A DNA stretch of 63,805 nucleotides, the filler included, from Hyphochytrium catenoides (lineage: Eukaryota; Protista; Hyphochytriomycota), in assembly GCA_900088475.1 (NCBI GenBank). It is 17 parts of 17 records of this genome, joined end to end, with 100 filler letters (N's around TTAATTAATTAA, not from the genome) between each part and the next. Parts side by side here need not be neighbours in the genome. Positions count along the whole stretch, not along the records: positions 45,789 to 49,719 come from FLMG01002664.1; positions 49,820 to 51,291 come from FLMG01002124.1; positions 51,392 to 53,546 come from FLMG01003665.1; positions 53,647 to 54,723 come from FLMG01002811.1; positions 54,824 to 56,243 come from FLMG01001481.1; positions 56,344 to 59,697 come from FLMG01002911.1; 11 more parts are not named here. The stretch is one strand, 5' to 3'. A program made the position numbers and the translations under genes. The notes beneath the pieces were generated by a model. The model was not told the DNA's origin. It saw nothing but the letters and a program-made list of their open reading frames with translations, and searched no databases. Of the stretch, positions 46,908 to 58,488 are shown piece by piece (position 1 is the stretch's first letter; every line of letters begins with the position of its first letter).

Positions 46908-47546
46908 CTACTCTTCAATGATCTCTTCCTCTTCGATGATCTCTTCTTCAGCAGCAGCCTCATCTGCCTGAAGCCGCCTGCCTTCTTCTTCTTCAATGAT
47001 CTCTTCCTCTTCAATGATCTCTTCTTCAGCAGCAGCCTCATCGGCTTGAAGCCGCCTGCCTTCTTCTTCAATGATCTCTTCCTCTTCGATGATCTCTTCA
47101 GCAGCAGCAGCCTCATCTGCTTGAAGCCGCCTGCCTTCTTCTTCAATGATCTCTTCCTCTTCGATGATCTCTTCTTCAGCAGCAGCCTCACCTGCTTGAA
47201 GCCGTCTGCCTTCTTCTTCAATGATCTCTTCCTCTTCGATGATCTCTTCACCAGCAGCCTCATCTGCTTGAAGTCGCCTGCCTTCTCCTTCGATGATCTC
47301 TTCCTCTTCGATGACTTCTTCTTCCTCAGTCTCAAGCTCCTGCAGACTTCTTGTCCACACTTCCTTCGCATCATAAACAGCATTCACCTGGACTTGACGC
47401 AGGTTGCGTCGCTGGGTCGGCTCGACTCGAGCAATGATACCATCTGCCGCAAAGCTGTCCGAAGATAAATTGGATGCGGCTGACAAGGTTGAGGCCGAAG
47501 AGGCGGCGATCACTTGCAGGAGGAGGAGGATGCTTGAGAGCTTCAT
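46908..47546 (-). CDS. Secreted Glu-rich tandem-repeat precursor with RRL spacers (intronless)
   Basis: Signal peptide MKLSSILLLLQVIAASSA, followed by six ~24-aa units (QADEAAAEEEIIEEEEIIEEEG). The units are separated by five RRL spacers and preceded by RSL. Indels between units preserve the frame. Confidence 0.8.
   Translation of the reverse strand: MKLSSILLLLQVIAASSASTLSAASNLSSDSFAADGIIARVEPTQRRNLRQVQVNAVYDAKEVWTRSLQELETEEEEVIEEEEIIEGEGRRLQADEAAGEEIIEEEEIIEEEGRRLQAGEAAAEEEIIEEEEIIEEEGRRLQADEAAAAEEIIEEEEIIEEEGRRLQADEAAAEEEIIEEEEIIEEEEGRRLQADEAAAEEEIIEEEEIIEE
46911..47330. repeat. Coding minisatellite, ~72-78-bp unit x ~6
   Basis: TTCTTCAATGATCTCTTCCTCTTCGATGATCTCTTC..AGCAGCAGCCTCATCTGCTTGAAGCCGCCTGCC is repeated in tandem. 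Confidence 0.95.
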
Positions 47547-47876
47547 GATGGGTCTCACTTCACTGGGTGTTGCTGGTCTCTTGTCTTGTCAGATAAACCT
47601 GAAGACTATCGTCCTTTCTTTCTTTTCTTGGTGCTCTGGAGAAGGAAGGAGTCTGCTGCTTGTGAGCTGGGCAAATTGGAAAGTGAGAGGAGATGCAGGC
47701 GACGGCGCTGTTCCACTGAAGAAGGGATCCCAAAAATCTATCCATCATTAGTACTCTTCCCTATGCCACAGGCAGTGAGAGAGGCTCGCTTCTTTCCTAT
47801 CTGTCTACTTCTTCAGATGGTGATGCGAGGTATGCAGCGCGCTCATCATCGTCAGGTATATGTACAAAGAGAGAAG

Positions 47877-47924
<48 letters not shown>

Positions 47925-49819
47925 CAGAGAGAGAGAGACAGAGAGAGAGGAGCCACCTTCCCTGTCATGGTCACACTGTCTTAATCATTTTACTAGCAGT
48001 GAGATGCAGGAAGAACAAGAAGTGCACGGGATGCAAGGCGATCAGAGACCCAGACTGAGGAATGGTTGAGCCATCCACAAGCTCGCGAGCGTGGACTCCA
48101 CAATCTCTTTTGATGAAAGACCTGGCTAGCTTAAGCATCTGCTTGCTCCATTGGAGAAGAAGGAAGAAAGAGGCTCCTGGTCCTCTAAGGTTGACCTTCT
48201 GTTAAGGCTCCGAGCGCTATGCAATACCTTGGACAGCTTGTCAATAACAGGCCAAGCTAGTGCTGGCGGCAACATCTAGAGAGGAGTAGAAGCGGACGAT
48301 CGAAGAGAGGACCAGCGGCGAGAAGCGGCCTCCTTTTATAGATTTTGGCTTCTGTCTATAGATTCTTCCCTCACTGACTATCCAGAAGAGGGCCAGTCCT
48401 TGAAAGCTGGCTGCTGCTCCTCTTTCTCTTGGGACTGAGGGCGGGAGAAGGCCACTCTCGGTCATGACCTGCTATCGGACGCGGTCCGAACAGCCAGGCA
48501 GCAGCGGCAGAAGGAGAAGGAAGAGTCTGAAGTTGGCACTAAGAACTAGACGAAAGACAGGAAAGAGGGGAAAGAAGCCGACAGGATTCCATCAAGGGAA
48601 GACTAAGATGACGCCGCAGCTTGATTTTATCCCTCGACACATCTTATCCTCCTCTGCCATCCAGGCAATCAACAACTGAAAGGCACCTTCTCCTCCTTCT
48701 ACCGTCAGTATTCTTTGGTTCTTCACTCGAACGGAGCTCAGCAGAGGCCAAAGAAGTGATAGGCAAGCCGAGAGGAAGGAGAGACCAGATCGTGCACCTT
48801 GAGCTGCAGAGTCATACCTCGCCAGCCTTTCAGGCTTCGCAACGATCAGCGGCAGGGACGAGGAGCCAAGATCACATCGTTCTATCATGGTGGCGTCCAT
48901 CCGTAGGTGAGAGAGGGCGGGCCATCATCCTCAAAAGTGGCTGAGGAGGCAGAAGGCTAAGTCTTTCTCATCAAGATCTCAATAGCCGACGGTACAAGCG
49001 GCTGGCTAGGGCGGCTTGTGCTGCAACGAAGACCTCCGACCCAAAAGCAAGAGAAGAAAGAAGGAAAGAAGACCAGACAGCGGACAATCACCTCATGCGC
49101 CCCAACTTTAGATGGAGACAAGGAGGCCTGTGTACACGCTGCGCAGACAAAGCCGCGTCTGCTAACAAGAAGAAGGCTTCCTGCTGGTGTTGCTTGTGGA
49201 GGAAGATGGGCAATGTCACGTTGTGGTTGAAGCTTCTGAGCGAGATGAGGAATGTGTCTTAGCCTCTCTTCTTAGGCCTGATAGGCCTTCTATACTCGGG
49301 AGAGGTGATCGTTGCATCCTGCCTCCTCGTTGGCTTCCTTTATTAGTCGCCGGCACTAGCGTTGGCATTGCCAGCCCGCCTTTGTATGTCCTCTTGGGAC
49401 CGTCAGTAATGTATGATGACAGCTACTCTTAGACGTCTTCAGTCTATGAAGAAAGCAAGCAGGCACACGCACCGGCCCTAGTGTCCAACAGAGAAGGCGC
49501 GTGTGCATAGGCCCGGAGACACGGCTCGCAGAAGTAATCTTAGAAGGAATGATGCTGAGTAGCTGCTCCGAAGCAACGACCTACTAGGAGGAGGGTCGGA
49601 AGGAAGGGAGGACTACTCGTGTCCATCAGCAGCAGCAACCCCAGCATCAAGAGGGGAGCCTGAAGTCAGAGAAGCAAGCCAGCAGCAGCGACACCAGCAC
49701 GAGGACGACGTCGACGAAGNNNNNNNNNNNNNNNNNNNNNNNNNNNNNNNNNNNNNNNNNNNNTTAATTAATTAANNNNNNNNNNNNNNNNNNNNNNNNN
49801 NNNNNNNNNNNNNNNNNNN

Positions 49820-51274
49820 GCGGTTATCTTGGACGGCGGGAGAGACACGCGGATCAGAGAGAATTAGCTTTACGGTCTCATAATCGCCTGTCATTGAATA
49901 GAGAGGAGGTTAGAGAAATGACAACCGCAACGGATAGGATAGAGCGATCATAGGGAGAGTCCATGATGTCGCGACTTCTAAGAGGAAAAAAGAGAGGGAG
50001 AGAGACAGAAGCACTGGGACAGAAAAAAGAGAGAGCGCTCCGCGAAGATAGAAAACTCTAAGGGGAAAAATGAAAAGACAGTCAACAAAGAAGCGACCCT
50101 ATTCTATCTATTTTTCACCTGTCCAGCAAGCCGCGTGCAGAGCTGTCTCGCCCTTGTCGTTAATAGCCATGGGGTCTACCCTTCCATCGTCCAGCAGAAG
50201 CTGCACGACCACTGCGTGACCTTTCCGACTTGCCTTGTGCAACGCGTTCTCCACTTGAGTGTCCGCAATAGAGGGCGAGAGACGACCGTCTTTAAGGAGA
50301 AAAGAGATGACGTGATGTTGTCCAGCGGCCGCAGCAAGCATTAAGCCGTTGCCACCTTTATCGTCCGACAGTTGCAGGGCTTCGGGAAAATCCTGGAGGA
50401 TTGTCTGGACCTTACTGAGATCCCCTTCAGAGCACGAAGAAAGAAATAGTGCAGAGTTTCTCTCTTCTGGACGACTGCGTTCCATGCCAACGGGGTACGG
50501 CCCGACCCACGTGCCAGGATGCGGATGGGAGGGAGAGGGAGAGGGGAAGTAGGAGGAAGAGCGAGAGAGATGGTCCTTGTAGGGATGATACCCATATCTG
50601 GCGTTGTCTTCTCTTTCCCTATTGCTCAGCTCAGTTCTAGGCCGCTTAAAAAAGCTAGACCTTGACTGGGCAAAATCTTGGGGGTCTTGATAGCGTCCTT
50701 TTCTTCCGACCTCGTCATCAGTGTTTCTCCCTCTTGGATAGCTTTCTAAAGGTAGAGAAGACTGCTTGTTTCCGTCCTGATAATACTGATCACCACCGTA
50801 GGAGTTTGAATGTTGGCGATAAAGGGGAGAGCTGGAAGGCTGTTGCCCAGAAGATACAGCAGCAGAGGAGAGAGATGGCCTCTCTTGCTGGAATGGAGAA
50901 TATCCTCCTTGATTATGTGCTGCTTGGGGATGGGGAGAGGCAGCAAATAGAGGAGGAGAAGACGAGTGTCCACTCTGTACGGTTCTGTAGGAAGAGTGAT
51001 GAGCTAGCTCTCCTGGGTAAGGAGAGAATGCTCTGCGAATCGGGGCTAGACCATGCGGAAGAGCAGGTTGCTGCGGGAAAGCTTCTTGATAACTCCTTCT
51101 CCCTCGCACTCCCCCTTCTCCTCTGTATCTCCCAACATAGGGCGACGTCTCAGCTGACCCTTCGTGCCCATCTCTTTTATGAGGGTAGGAAGAATACGCT
51201 CCTCCTGGTTGGAGGTTACTGCCATGCTGATGCTTCGTACTTGAGCCTGGAATGTTTTCGGTGCAGCTGCACAT
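49820..51274 (-). CDS. Ankyrin-repeat protein with long Ser/Pro/Gln-rich N-terminal region (partial)
   Basis: GGNGLMLAAAAGQ, ENALHKASRKGHAVVVQLLLDDGRVDP and GETALHAACWTG|DYETVKLILSDPRVSP. Truncated by contig ends. Confidence 0.8.
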
Positions 51275-51392
51275 TCGACTGCCCTTTCTCTNNNNNNNNN
51301 NNNNNNNNNNNNNNNNNNNNNNNNNNNNNNNNNNNTTAATTAATTAANNNNNNNNNNNNNNNNNNNNNNNNNNNNNNNNNNNNNNNNNNNNC

Positions 51393-53359
51393 ATTGCTCT
51401 TCCGGTCTACCCGCCTCTCTCCTCTCCCATTGAGAACTTCACCTGGATACACACCATTGTCAAGAACCATGTACGTACTCCACAGACAAGAGAAAGAGAG
51501 AGAGAGAGAGAGAGATTGGGAGAGAGACACAGAGAGAATGGGAGTGTGGGATCGGCGGCGCGTCAAAGAGAAAAAAGGGAACTCAAACAAGGTAGGCATG
51601 AACGAAGAGAGACGGACCAGTAAGGGAGAGAGAGAGAGAAAGAAGGATAGAGCGTGATCTAACCAAACGAGAGAGAGAGAGAGATAGGACCGCTGTACAC
51701 TTTTCCCTCTCTCCTTACAGACCTTGAAATGGCCTTCTCCTCTTTTTTCCCATCTTTCTCCTTCACCTTCGTCAAGTCTAAGAGTTTTTGGTACTCTCTT
51801 GGCTGCTCTCTCTCACATGCCTGATTTGTCCTCTGTTTACTCTCTCTCTCACTCTCTCTCTCTCTCTCTCTCTCTCTTTCGCTCGTCTCTCTCTCTACAC
51901 TTACAGGGCACAGTATTCAACACGAAAGCAAGGGCTCCTGTGATGCTTTTCTTTGAGGTGGAAAGGGAGAGACAGAGAGACGAGGCACTGGAAGAGGAAG
52001 CGGAAGAGCTAGAGAAGAGAGAAGAGAAGAGAGAGAGAGAGAAAGAGGAGAGTGAGATAGAAAAGAAACCCTCGAAGAGTAGACTAATGAGGCAAAAAAG
52101 CCGCTACTCCTTCCGTCAAATTAGCTCCAAGTTAGGAGAGGTAAAGAGCTGTTTCCCTATGTGCCTCTCTCTCTCTCTCTTTTCCTTTGAACTTCTTTCT
52201 CTGCCCTTACATGTCTCTCTCTCAGACCTTGCTTATTCTTATGGTTGTCTCTCTTCTTCTTTCTCAATAGCCTCAAAAGGTTATGCCTTTTTCCCTATCT
52301 TTCTCTCTCTCTTTTGTCTCTCCTCTTGTCATTTCTTCTCTCTCTTTCATTTGCCATCGCACTTCCAGTCTCTCCTCATTATCTTTCCCTTTCTCTCCTC
52401 GTCCCTACCCCATTTCTCACGAACAAAACCATCTCTCTCTCTCTAAAGCTCTCTTTCTTTCTTTCTCTCTCTCTCTCTCCCCCCGTGTCAATTGCATAGG
52501 CCACATTAGTTGTTGAGGCCATCAAAAACAGGGAAAGAAGTGAGCCTTTCGAAGCTGCGGCAATGGGTCAAGCCTTGGAAGATCTGACAGAGATTATTGA
52601 GAGATTTCCAGACTCTGTCGACAAACAGCAAGCCTTAGACCAAGCAAACTTCATGAAGACGCTACTCTATGGAGACAACCGCGCAACCTTAGTTGGCGAT
52701 AGTCCCACACACGCTCCACAGATGGAGCAACTTTCAATGGGAGCTGTATGTTCAACAACAGAGCATCGGGAGCTTGTCTTTGGCACTCCGATGGCGGGTA
52801 GAGAGAAGGCGATAGCGGAAAACTCTCCCCTATCAAAGACACTGCTCAACTGGAGCTGCATGTCTTTTATCGCGAAAAGTAACGATGATCTTCGTCAGGA
52901 AGTATTCTGTCTTCAGCTAATTCACGAAATGCAGATGGTTTTCGAGGTGGAAGGGCTTGGTGAGTCTATAAGAAACACATTGTCGTCCCAGTCATCGGGA
53001 CTGTCGAACTCAAAAATTGCCGATCTGCCATACATTTACTAATTAGACTAATCTCTCCGTAAAATCTGTAATCTCAATCTACAGATCTCTGGCTCCGGCC
53101 TTATCGGCTAACCGCCACCAGTTCGAACTCTGGATACATAGAGACACTCTCCGGCTGTACCTCTCTAGACGGTCTAAAGAAGGCAACGGGAGGAAAGACC
53201 CTGAAGGATCACTGGCGGTGTATGTATGGGGAAGAAGAGAGTCCGGCCTTCCAGGTAGCTCTCCGTAATCTTGTGAGCAGCCTTGCAGGTTATTCGGTGG
53301 CATGCTATGTGCTGGCCATAAAAGACAGGCATAATGGAAACATCATGATTTCGGAGGAG
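51393..53359 (+). CDS. PI4KB: Phosphatidylinositol 4-kinase (type III beta-like), catalytic-region exons (partial)
   Basis: VFNTKARAPVMLFFEV, IAKSNDDLRQEVFCLQLI, LWLRPYR, SLDGLKK and SSLAGYSVACYVLAIKDRHNGNIMI. Confidence 0.88.
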
Positions 53360-53646
53360 GTAACGTGGCTCACCACTCTCTCAGACGTCCTTCTGCCTGT
53401 TTTTCCTCTGTTCTCTTTTCCGGTTTGGACAAGAGAGAGAGAAAAAAGAGAGAGAGAGACTCTCTCTTCGTCCTCTTCACAGATCTTTCTCTCTCTTCAT
53501 AGTATTGTCCTCATATGGTCTTTCTTTCTCATCCCCCGCGATCGTCNNNNNNNNNNNNNNNNNNNNNNNNNNNNNNNNNNNNNNNNNNNNTTAATTAATT
53601 AANNNNNNNNNNNNNNNNNNNNNNNNNNNNNNNNNNNNNNNNNNNN

Positions 53647-53709
53647 TTGCATGCAATTTGCATGCAAGTATGCGACTTATGATAAATTGCATGCAATTTC
53701 GAAACCCTG
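53647..53709. repeat. Three palindromic TTGCATGCAA boxes ending in AAACCCTG; possible DNA-transposon terminus
   Basis: The motif occurs three times in 55 bp. The minus strand reads CAGGGTTTCGAAATTGCATGCAA. Confidence 0.45.
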
Positions 53710-55216
53710 GTAAGTTCTGATGTGTTCTGATCTCAGTCTGATTACTTATATAAATCAAAAGCCTAAGTAATCAGTTCATATCGGGGACCAGCTTCCTTTC
53801 CCCCCGTTTCCTCATCAGGGAAGAGGGTGACCCCTCCCCCAAAGATGTTTCTCTCGGTCCTGCTGCTCTTCCTCCTCCTCCCACCATCACTTGTCACATC
53901 AACTCTTAGATAACCCTTAGGTACTGTCCGAGCGTCAGTGCAGTCCATCAAGATGATGATGCCCTCCTGGAATAAACCCTGTCCGACCACCAGCTGTGGA
54001 GGAGACAGCTTGGCCAGAAGACCTCCATTCCATAGCAGGTCCGCGAGACGGGAACCAAGGCTTGGTGAAAGGGAGGCCGGCCTGAAAATAATGCACTACT
54101 TGGTTGTTGGGGTAGAAGCGAAGAACAACACGAGGGCAGCAGGAGGATTCGTTGAAGAAAAAAATAGAAGAGCAGCAGGTGAATACTGAAGCACTGCATA
54201 AAGACCAGGGAGAGAGAAGCCGTAGTAGGAAGAGGAGGGCGCGGTACTCGATAGCGCTGAGCTTGGAGATGAGTGATAGTTTCATCATCAACACTCGCTC
54301 GTAGGCCTGCCAACTCAATCATCACGAGGCTTCCACTTCATTATTATAAGTCTGGGGAGACGGAGCTTCCTTTTCTCGAATTGTGGGATAGTGTGAGAGC
54401 TACATCTGATTCAATCGCCTTACAGACAATAAGACGAATACATTCTTCGGGCTTTCAGCAGCCTAAAGGTGGCTGACTCCCACCACTTTCACTGGTGCTT
54501 ATTGGCAGTTCTTCTCAGAACACCCTGCTCTTCTCAGCCAATGATTACATTATTACTACGAGAATTGAGAGGCAGAGCAGCAGCAATGGGGCTTATTCTT
54601 CTTGCTACGTCTGCCTTGTCCATAGTACCGATGCTGGAAGCGTCGTCACCGCCATCGTCGTCTCCGTCGCGCTACTCATCAATGGGCTTCCATGATGAAC
54701 TCTGGCTTATGAACAACGCTCAGNNNNNNNNNNNNNNNNNNNNNNNNNNNNNNNNNNNNNNNNNNNNTTAATTAATTAANNNNNNNNNNNNNNNNNNNNN
54801 NNNNNNNNNNNNNNNNNNNNNNNGAGAGAGAGAGAGAGAGAGAAAGAGGTTAAGAAGGGAAAAATCGTGCCATCTCCACTACTCTTCTCTTCCTTCCTGC
54901 GAGTCGGTGCCTTTTTCTCCTTTCTTTCTGTGTCTTTTCCATTGTTTCTGTCTGCTATTTTGCTTCCGTTTGATGATCTCTTTCTCCTTCTTCTTCTCTC
55001 TTCTCGTCGTCTCTTCCACCCTCGTAGCGTCAGCCCTACTAGGATATATAAGCTCTAGGTAAATGTAATGCTAAGCCGCTCTCCGGCCATGTTAGACATA
55101 GCTGCCTGATCACGTCCTCTTTTTCTTTCTCTCTCTCTCTCGCTCTCTCGCTCTCTCTCTCTCTCTCTCTTTCTCTCTTTCTCTCTCTCTCTCTCTCGCT
55201 CTCGCTCGCTCTCTCG

Positions 55217-55257
<41 letters not shown>

Positions 55258-56343
55258 GATTGGCGTGGGGGTTCACTCTCGTTCTCCTGTCGTCTTTCTT
55301 TCCTGTGAAGAAGAATACTAAGCTACGATCGCTCGTACATTGAGAGAAGAGTCAGCACCAAGTAATAACATGCGAGACTGATGCAGTTCTCGAGAGAGTG
55401 AGAGAAAGAAGGTGCTCTCGCGGAGGAAGACTAAGTAACAAAGGTGTCTTCTTTCTTCAGAAAGAAGTTTATAACTGAGATAATAAGGAGAGAGTCTCCC
55501 TTGGGAGAGAGTCAGTCTACCCGAGAAATGCAAAGATAAAAAAGCAGAAACATGCAAGAGAAGTAGTGTCAACAGGCTATTCCGATAACATGCAACGAGG
55601 AAGAGGACAGAAAGAGAGAAAGAAGAAAGAGAGAAAGAAGAAAGAGAGCATCCTTCGTCATCGCACGACTGTCTGAGAAGAACATGCTGATTGAACAATG
55701 TTGGGAACATGTGGGACTCTTCTCACACTTATTTGGGCTACAATCACCGATGGCGCAAGCTGACAAGCATCGACTGGCAGGCAGCTAGCATCGGTCTTCC
55801 CTTCTCACAAGATCTATACCACGAACCCTCATCGTATGTCCCGTCAACAATGGACAGATATGCTGAGATATCCGGGTGATAGCGCGGGCGCTGACCTCGC
55901 GCCTCAGTATCAAGCTTTGTTCCATCAGCCGCAGCGTTTGCGGCCTGCTCAGAGCCTAGACACAGTGCCCACGGAGAAAGGAGGCACAGCTGGCGACATC
56001 CATTCAGCGCAACAGAAACAGTCAGCCGCCCGCCCGCCTGCCCTTCGCTGCTCCGTTAGAGGAGATGATGGTGCGTCTTTTATGCGTCAGGCGGGGCGGT
56101 AAGATGTTCATAGTTTACGCTTCGTTCCTGGTGAGTTAGTTGAGAAGTTAGGGACACGACGGCTAGTGCTAACGGGCCAAGAGCCTCCTCGCGCTGGACC
56201 CAGCAGCCAGGCGGCAACGAGAGCTGCCAAGCCAGTAATGTCANNNNNNNNNNNNNNNNNNNNNNNNNNNNNNNNNNNNNNNNNNNNTTAATTAATTAAN
56301 NNNNNNNNNNNNNNNNNNNNNNNNNNNNNNNNNNNNNNNNNNN

Positions 56344-56631
56344 ACTGCTCGCTGTCTCTTCCTCCTTCTGGGTGCACATGCTCTCCGCCTGTGTGCTTGC
56401 TCTCTTCTACCAGCAGTGCGGCTGGCTGGCACATGACTTCCTGCACCACCAGGTAAGAGATGGAGAGAGGAGAAAGAGAGAGAGAGAGAGAGAAGATTGT
56501 AAAGGGAAAAAGAGATGCGGAGGCTTGAAGGGAAGAAGCGACAGACATTAAGTCGCCGGAACAAGCCTTTGTTGCCTCTTGGTCTACCCTCTTGCTCCAC
56601 TGTATGCCTTTCTTCTGCTCGGTTGTGACCC

Positions 56632-56667
<36 letters not shown>

Positions 56668-57813
56668 GAAATAGGTCTTCAAGAACCGCTTTTATGGTGA
56701 TTTGATGGGCTTCTTCATTGGGAATGTCTGCCAAGGCTTCTCTGTCGCGTGGTGGAAGAACAAGCATAATACTCATCACGCCATACCGAACCTCAATGAG
56801 TCCGGGAAGGACAAGCATGATGGTAAGAGAGAGAGAGAGAGAGAAAAGGGTGGGGGAGAGAGAAGGAAGCTAAACTAGGGCAGGAGTTAGGGAAAGACAC
56901 AGGGAGAGAGATTGTCTGACAATGAAGGAGGGATCTATCATCTTTCTCTCTTTCCCTCTTTTTCTCTCTTTATGAGTGCTTTCTCTTCCTCACCCACTCT
57001 ATTGTCCCTTTCCCTCTCCCTTCACTATACTGCCGATGGCTTGTTGCTCACTTCTCTTCCCTCTCTCTCTCTCTCTCTCTCTGTCTCCTCCATGGGTCCC
57101 TTCTTCTAGGCGATCCGGACATTGACACGATGCCCTTCCTCGCCTGGTCTCTCAACATGGCAAAGAAGGCTGAAGACAGCGGTCTAGGGCGCTTCATGCT
57201 TCTTCATCAGTCCTCTCTGTACTTCCCCATCCTCCTCATTGCCCGCATTAGCTGGCTCTACCAGTCTTTCCTCTATGTGCAGAAGATTGACACCGCTTGG
57301 AACCAGGTTGGCAGCGAAGAGGCGGTGCAGAAGAGGCCAATTCGCCATCAGACTCTAGAGAGAGTCTCTATCTCCCTCTATTATCTATGGAACGTCGCTC
57401 TGATGGTGTCTTTTCTCTCTCCTCTGGAAGCTGTGGCGTACTTCATCGTCTCTCAATGCGGATGCGGCCTTCTCCTTGCCCTGGTGTTCGGAGTAGGACA
57501 CAATGGGATGAGTGTCTATGAGCGTGAGACCAAGCCAGACTTCTTCACGTTGCAGATCACCACGACGAGGAATGTGACGAGCTCTGTCTTTGTTGACTGG
57601 TTTATGGGCGGTCTGCAGTACCAAGTGGAGCATCATCTCTTCCCTATGGTTCCGAGGCATCACCTGGGCCAAGTGAATGTCTTGGTGAAGAGTCTGTGCA
57701 AGAAGCACGGGCTGAAGTATCATGAGACAGGCTTCTTTGAGGGCAACTGGGAGGTACTCTCCCATCTCTCCGCCGTCACCAAGGAGTTTGTCGAGCACTT
57801 CCCAGCGATGTAA
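56344..57813 (+). CDS. Front-end fatty acid desaturase (delta-6-like), 3' part
   Basis: Exons to 56452, 56675-56822 and 57110-57813. His boxes HDFLHH, HNTHH and QVEHH are present, plus GDPDIDTMP and C-terminal FPAM. Confidence 0.92.
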
Positions 57814-57855
57814 GAGGGATACCCATGGAGAAGAAGAAGGGAATGTTGGCAGAGG

Positions 57856-57888
<33 letters not shown>

Positions 57889-58488
57889 TGTCGTCGTACG
57901 TCTCTTTGACCTCGCTATGCATTCATTAAAATCAATGGATTGAGACAGAGTATCACTCTGGACATGTTCTTGTCCCCGTCGAGCTCCATAGCGCTTATAA
58001 GCTAAACATATGCGATATATATAAAATCTTAGAAGAGAGAGAGAGAGAGTTTTCCTTCGTCTCGTCGAGATGATCTCTCCTTCCGTTTCTCTTCTTCTCT
58101 CTCTCTCTCATTTTACTTTTTTGAGCTAGGTCACCATAAAGAGACAACGGATGTCTGAATCAGAGAGAGTTGTTACTTTATAAATAAGACTTCCCTATGA
58201 AAAGAGAGAGAGAGAGGGGCCGAGGAACTGCCTCACTGTTCCCTTTCCCTCGTTTCTTTACCCGTCTCTTTCTCCTGAGAAAGAGAGAAGCGAGGACAAT
58301 AAATAAACTATTCTAACCAGACGGAGAACGAAGATTGAACCAGACACTGACAGAGAGAATTAAGACCGCTAATAGACTAATGAACAGAGATAAGAATGAA
58401 GGAAGTAGGATAATAGGCACGAGAGAGAGAGAGAGAGGAACAAAGCACATGTGCCCGTCTCTCCCTCTCTCCTCCTGCGTATCTCTTC

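Noticed and set aside
46911-47330. Regular ~75-bp repeats as a CRISPR array
   Set aside because: Whole units repeat with no unique spacers; indels preserve the frame of a signal-peptide ORF; the context is eukaryotic with no cas genes.
46817-47468. Alternative-frame ORFs (Lys/Arg-rich 46817-47383 minus; Phe-rich 47046-47468 plus)
   Set aside because: By-products of a 3n repeat; only the Glu-rich frame has a signal peptide and a stop at the repeat end.
45789-49719. Short ORFs flanking the repeat gene (also 53760-54723 and 55690-56243)
   Set aside because: Fragmented, with no recognisable motifs or consistent splice pattern; possibly decayed repeats, but unsupported.
21857-55276. Many RERE/SLSL-rich ORFs in the track
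   Set aside because: Translations of GA/CT microsatellites in introns and intergenic DNA.
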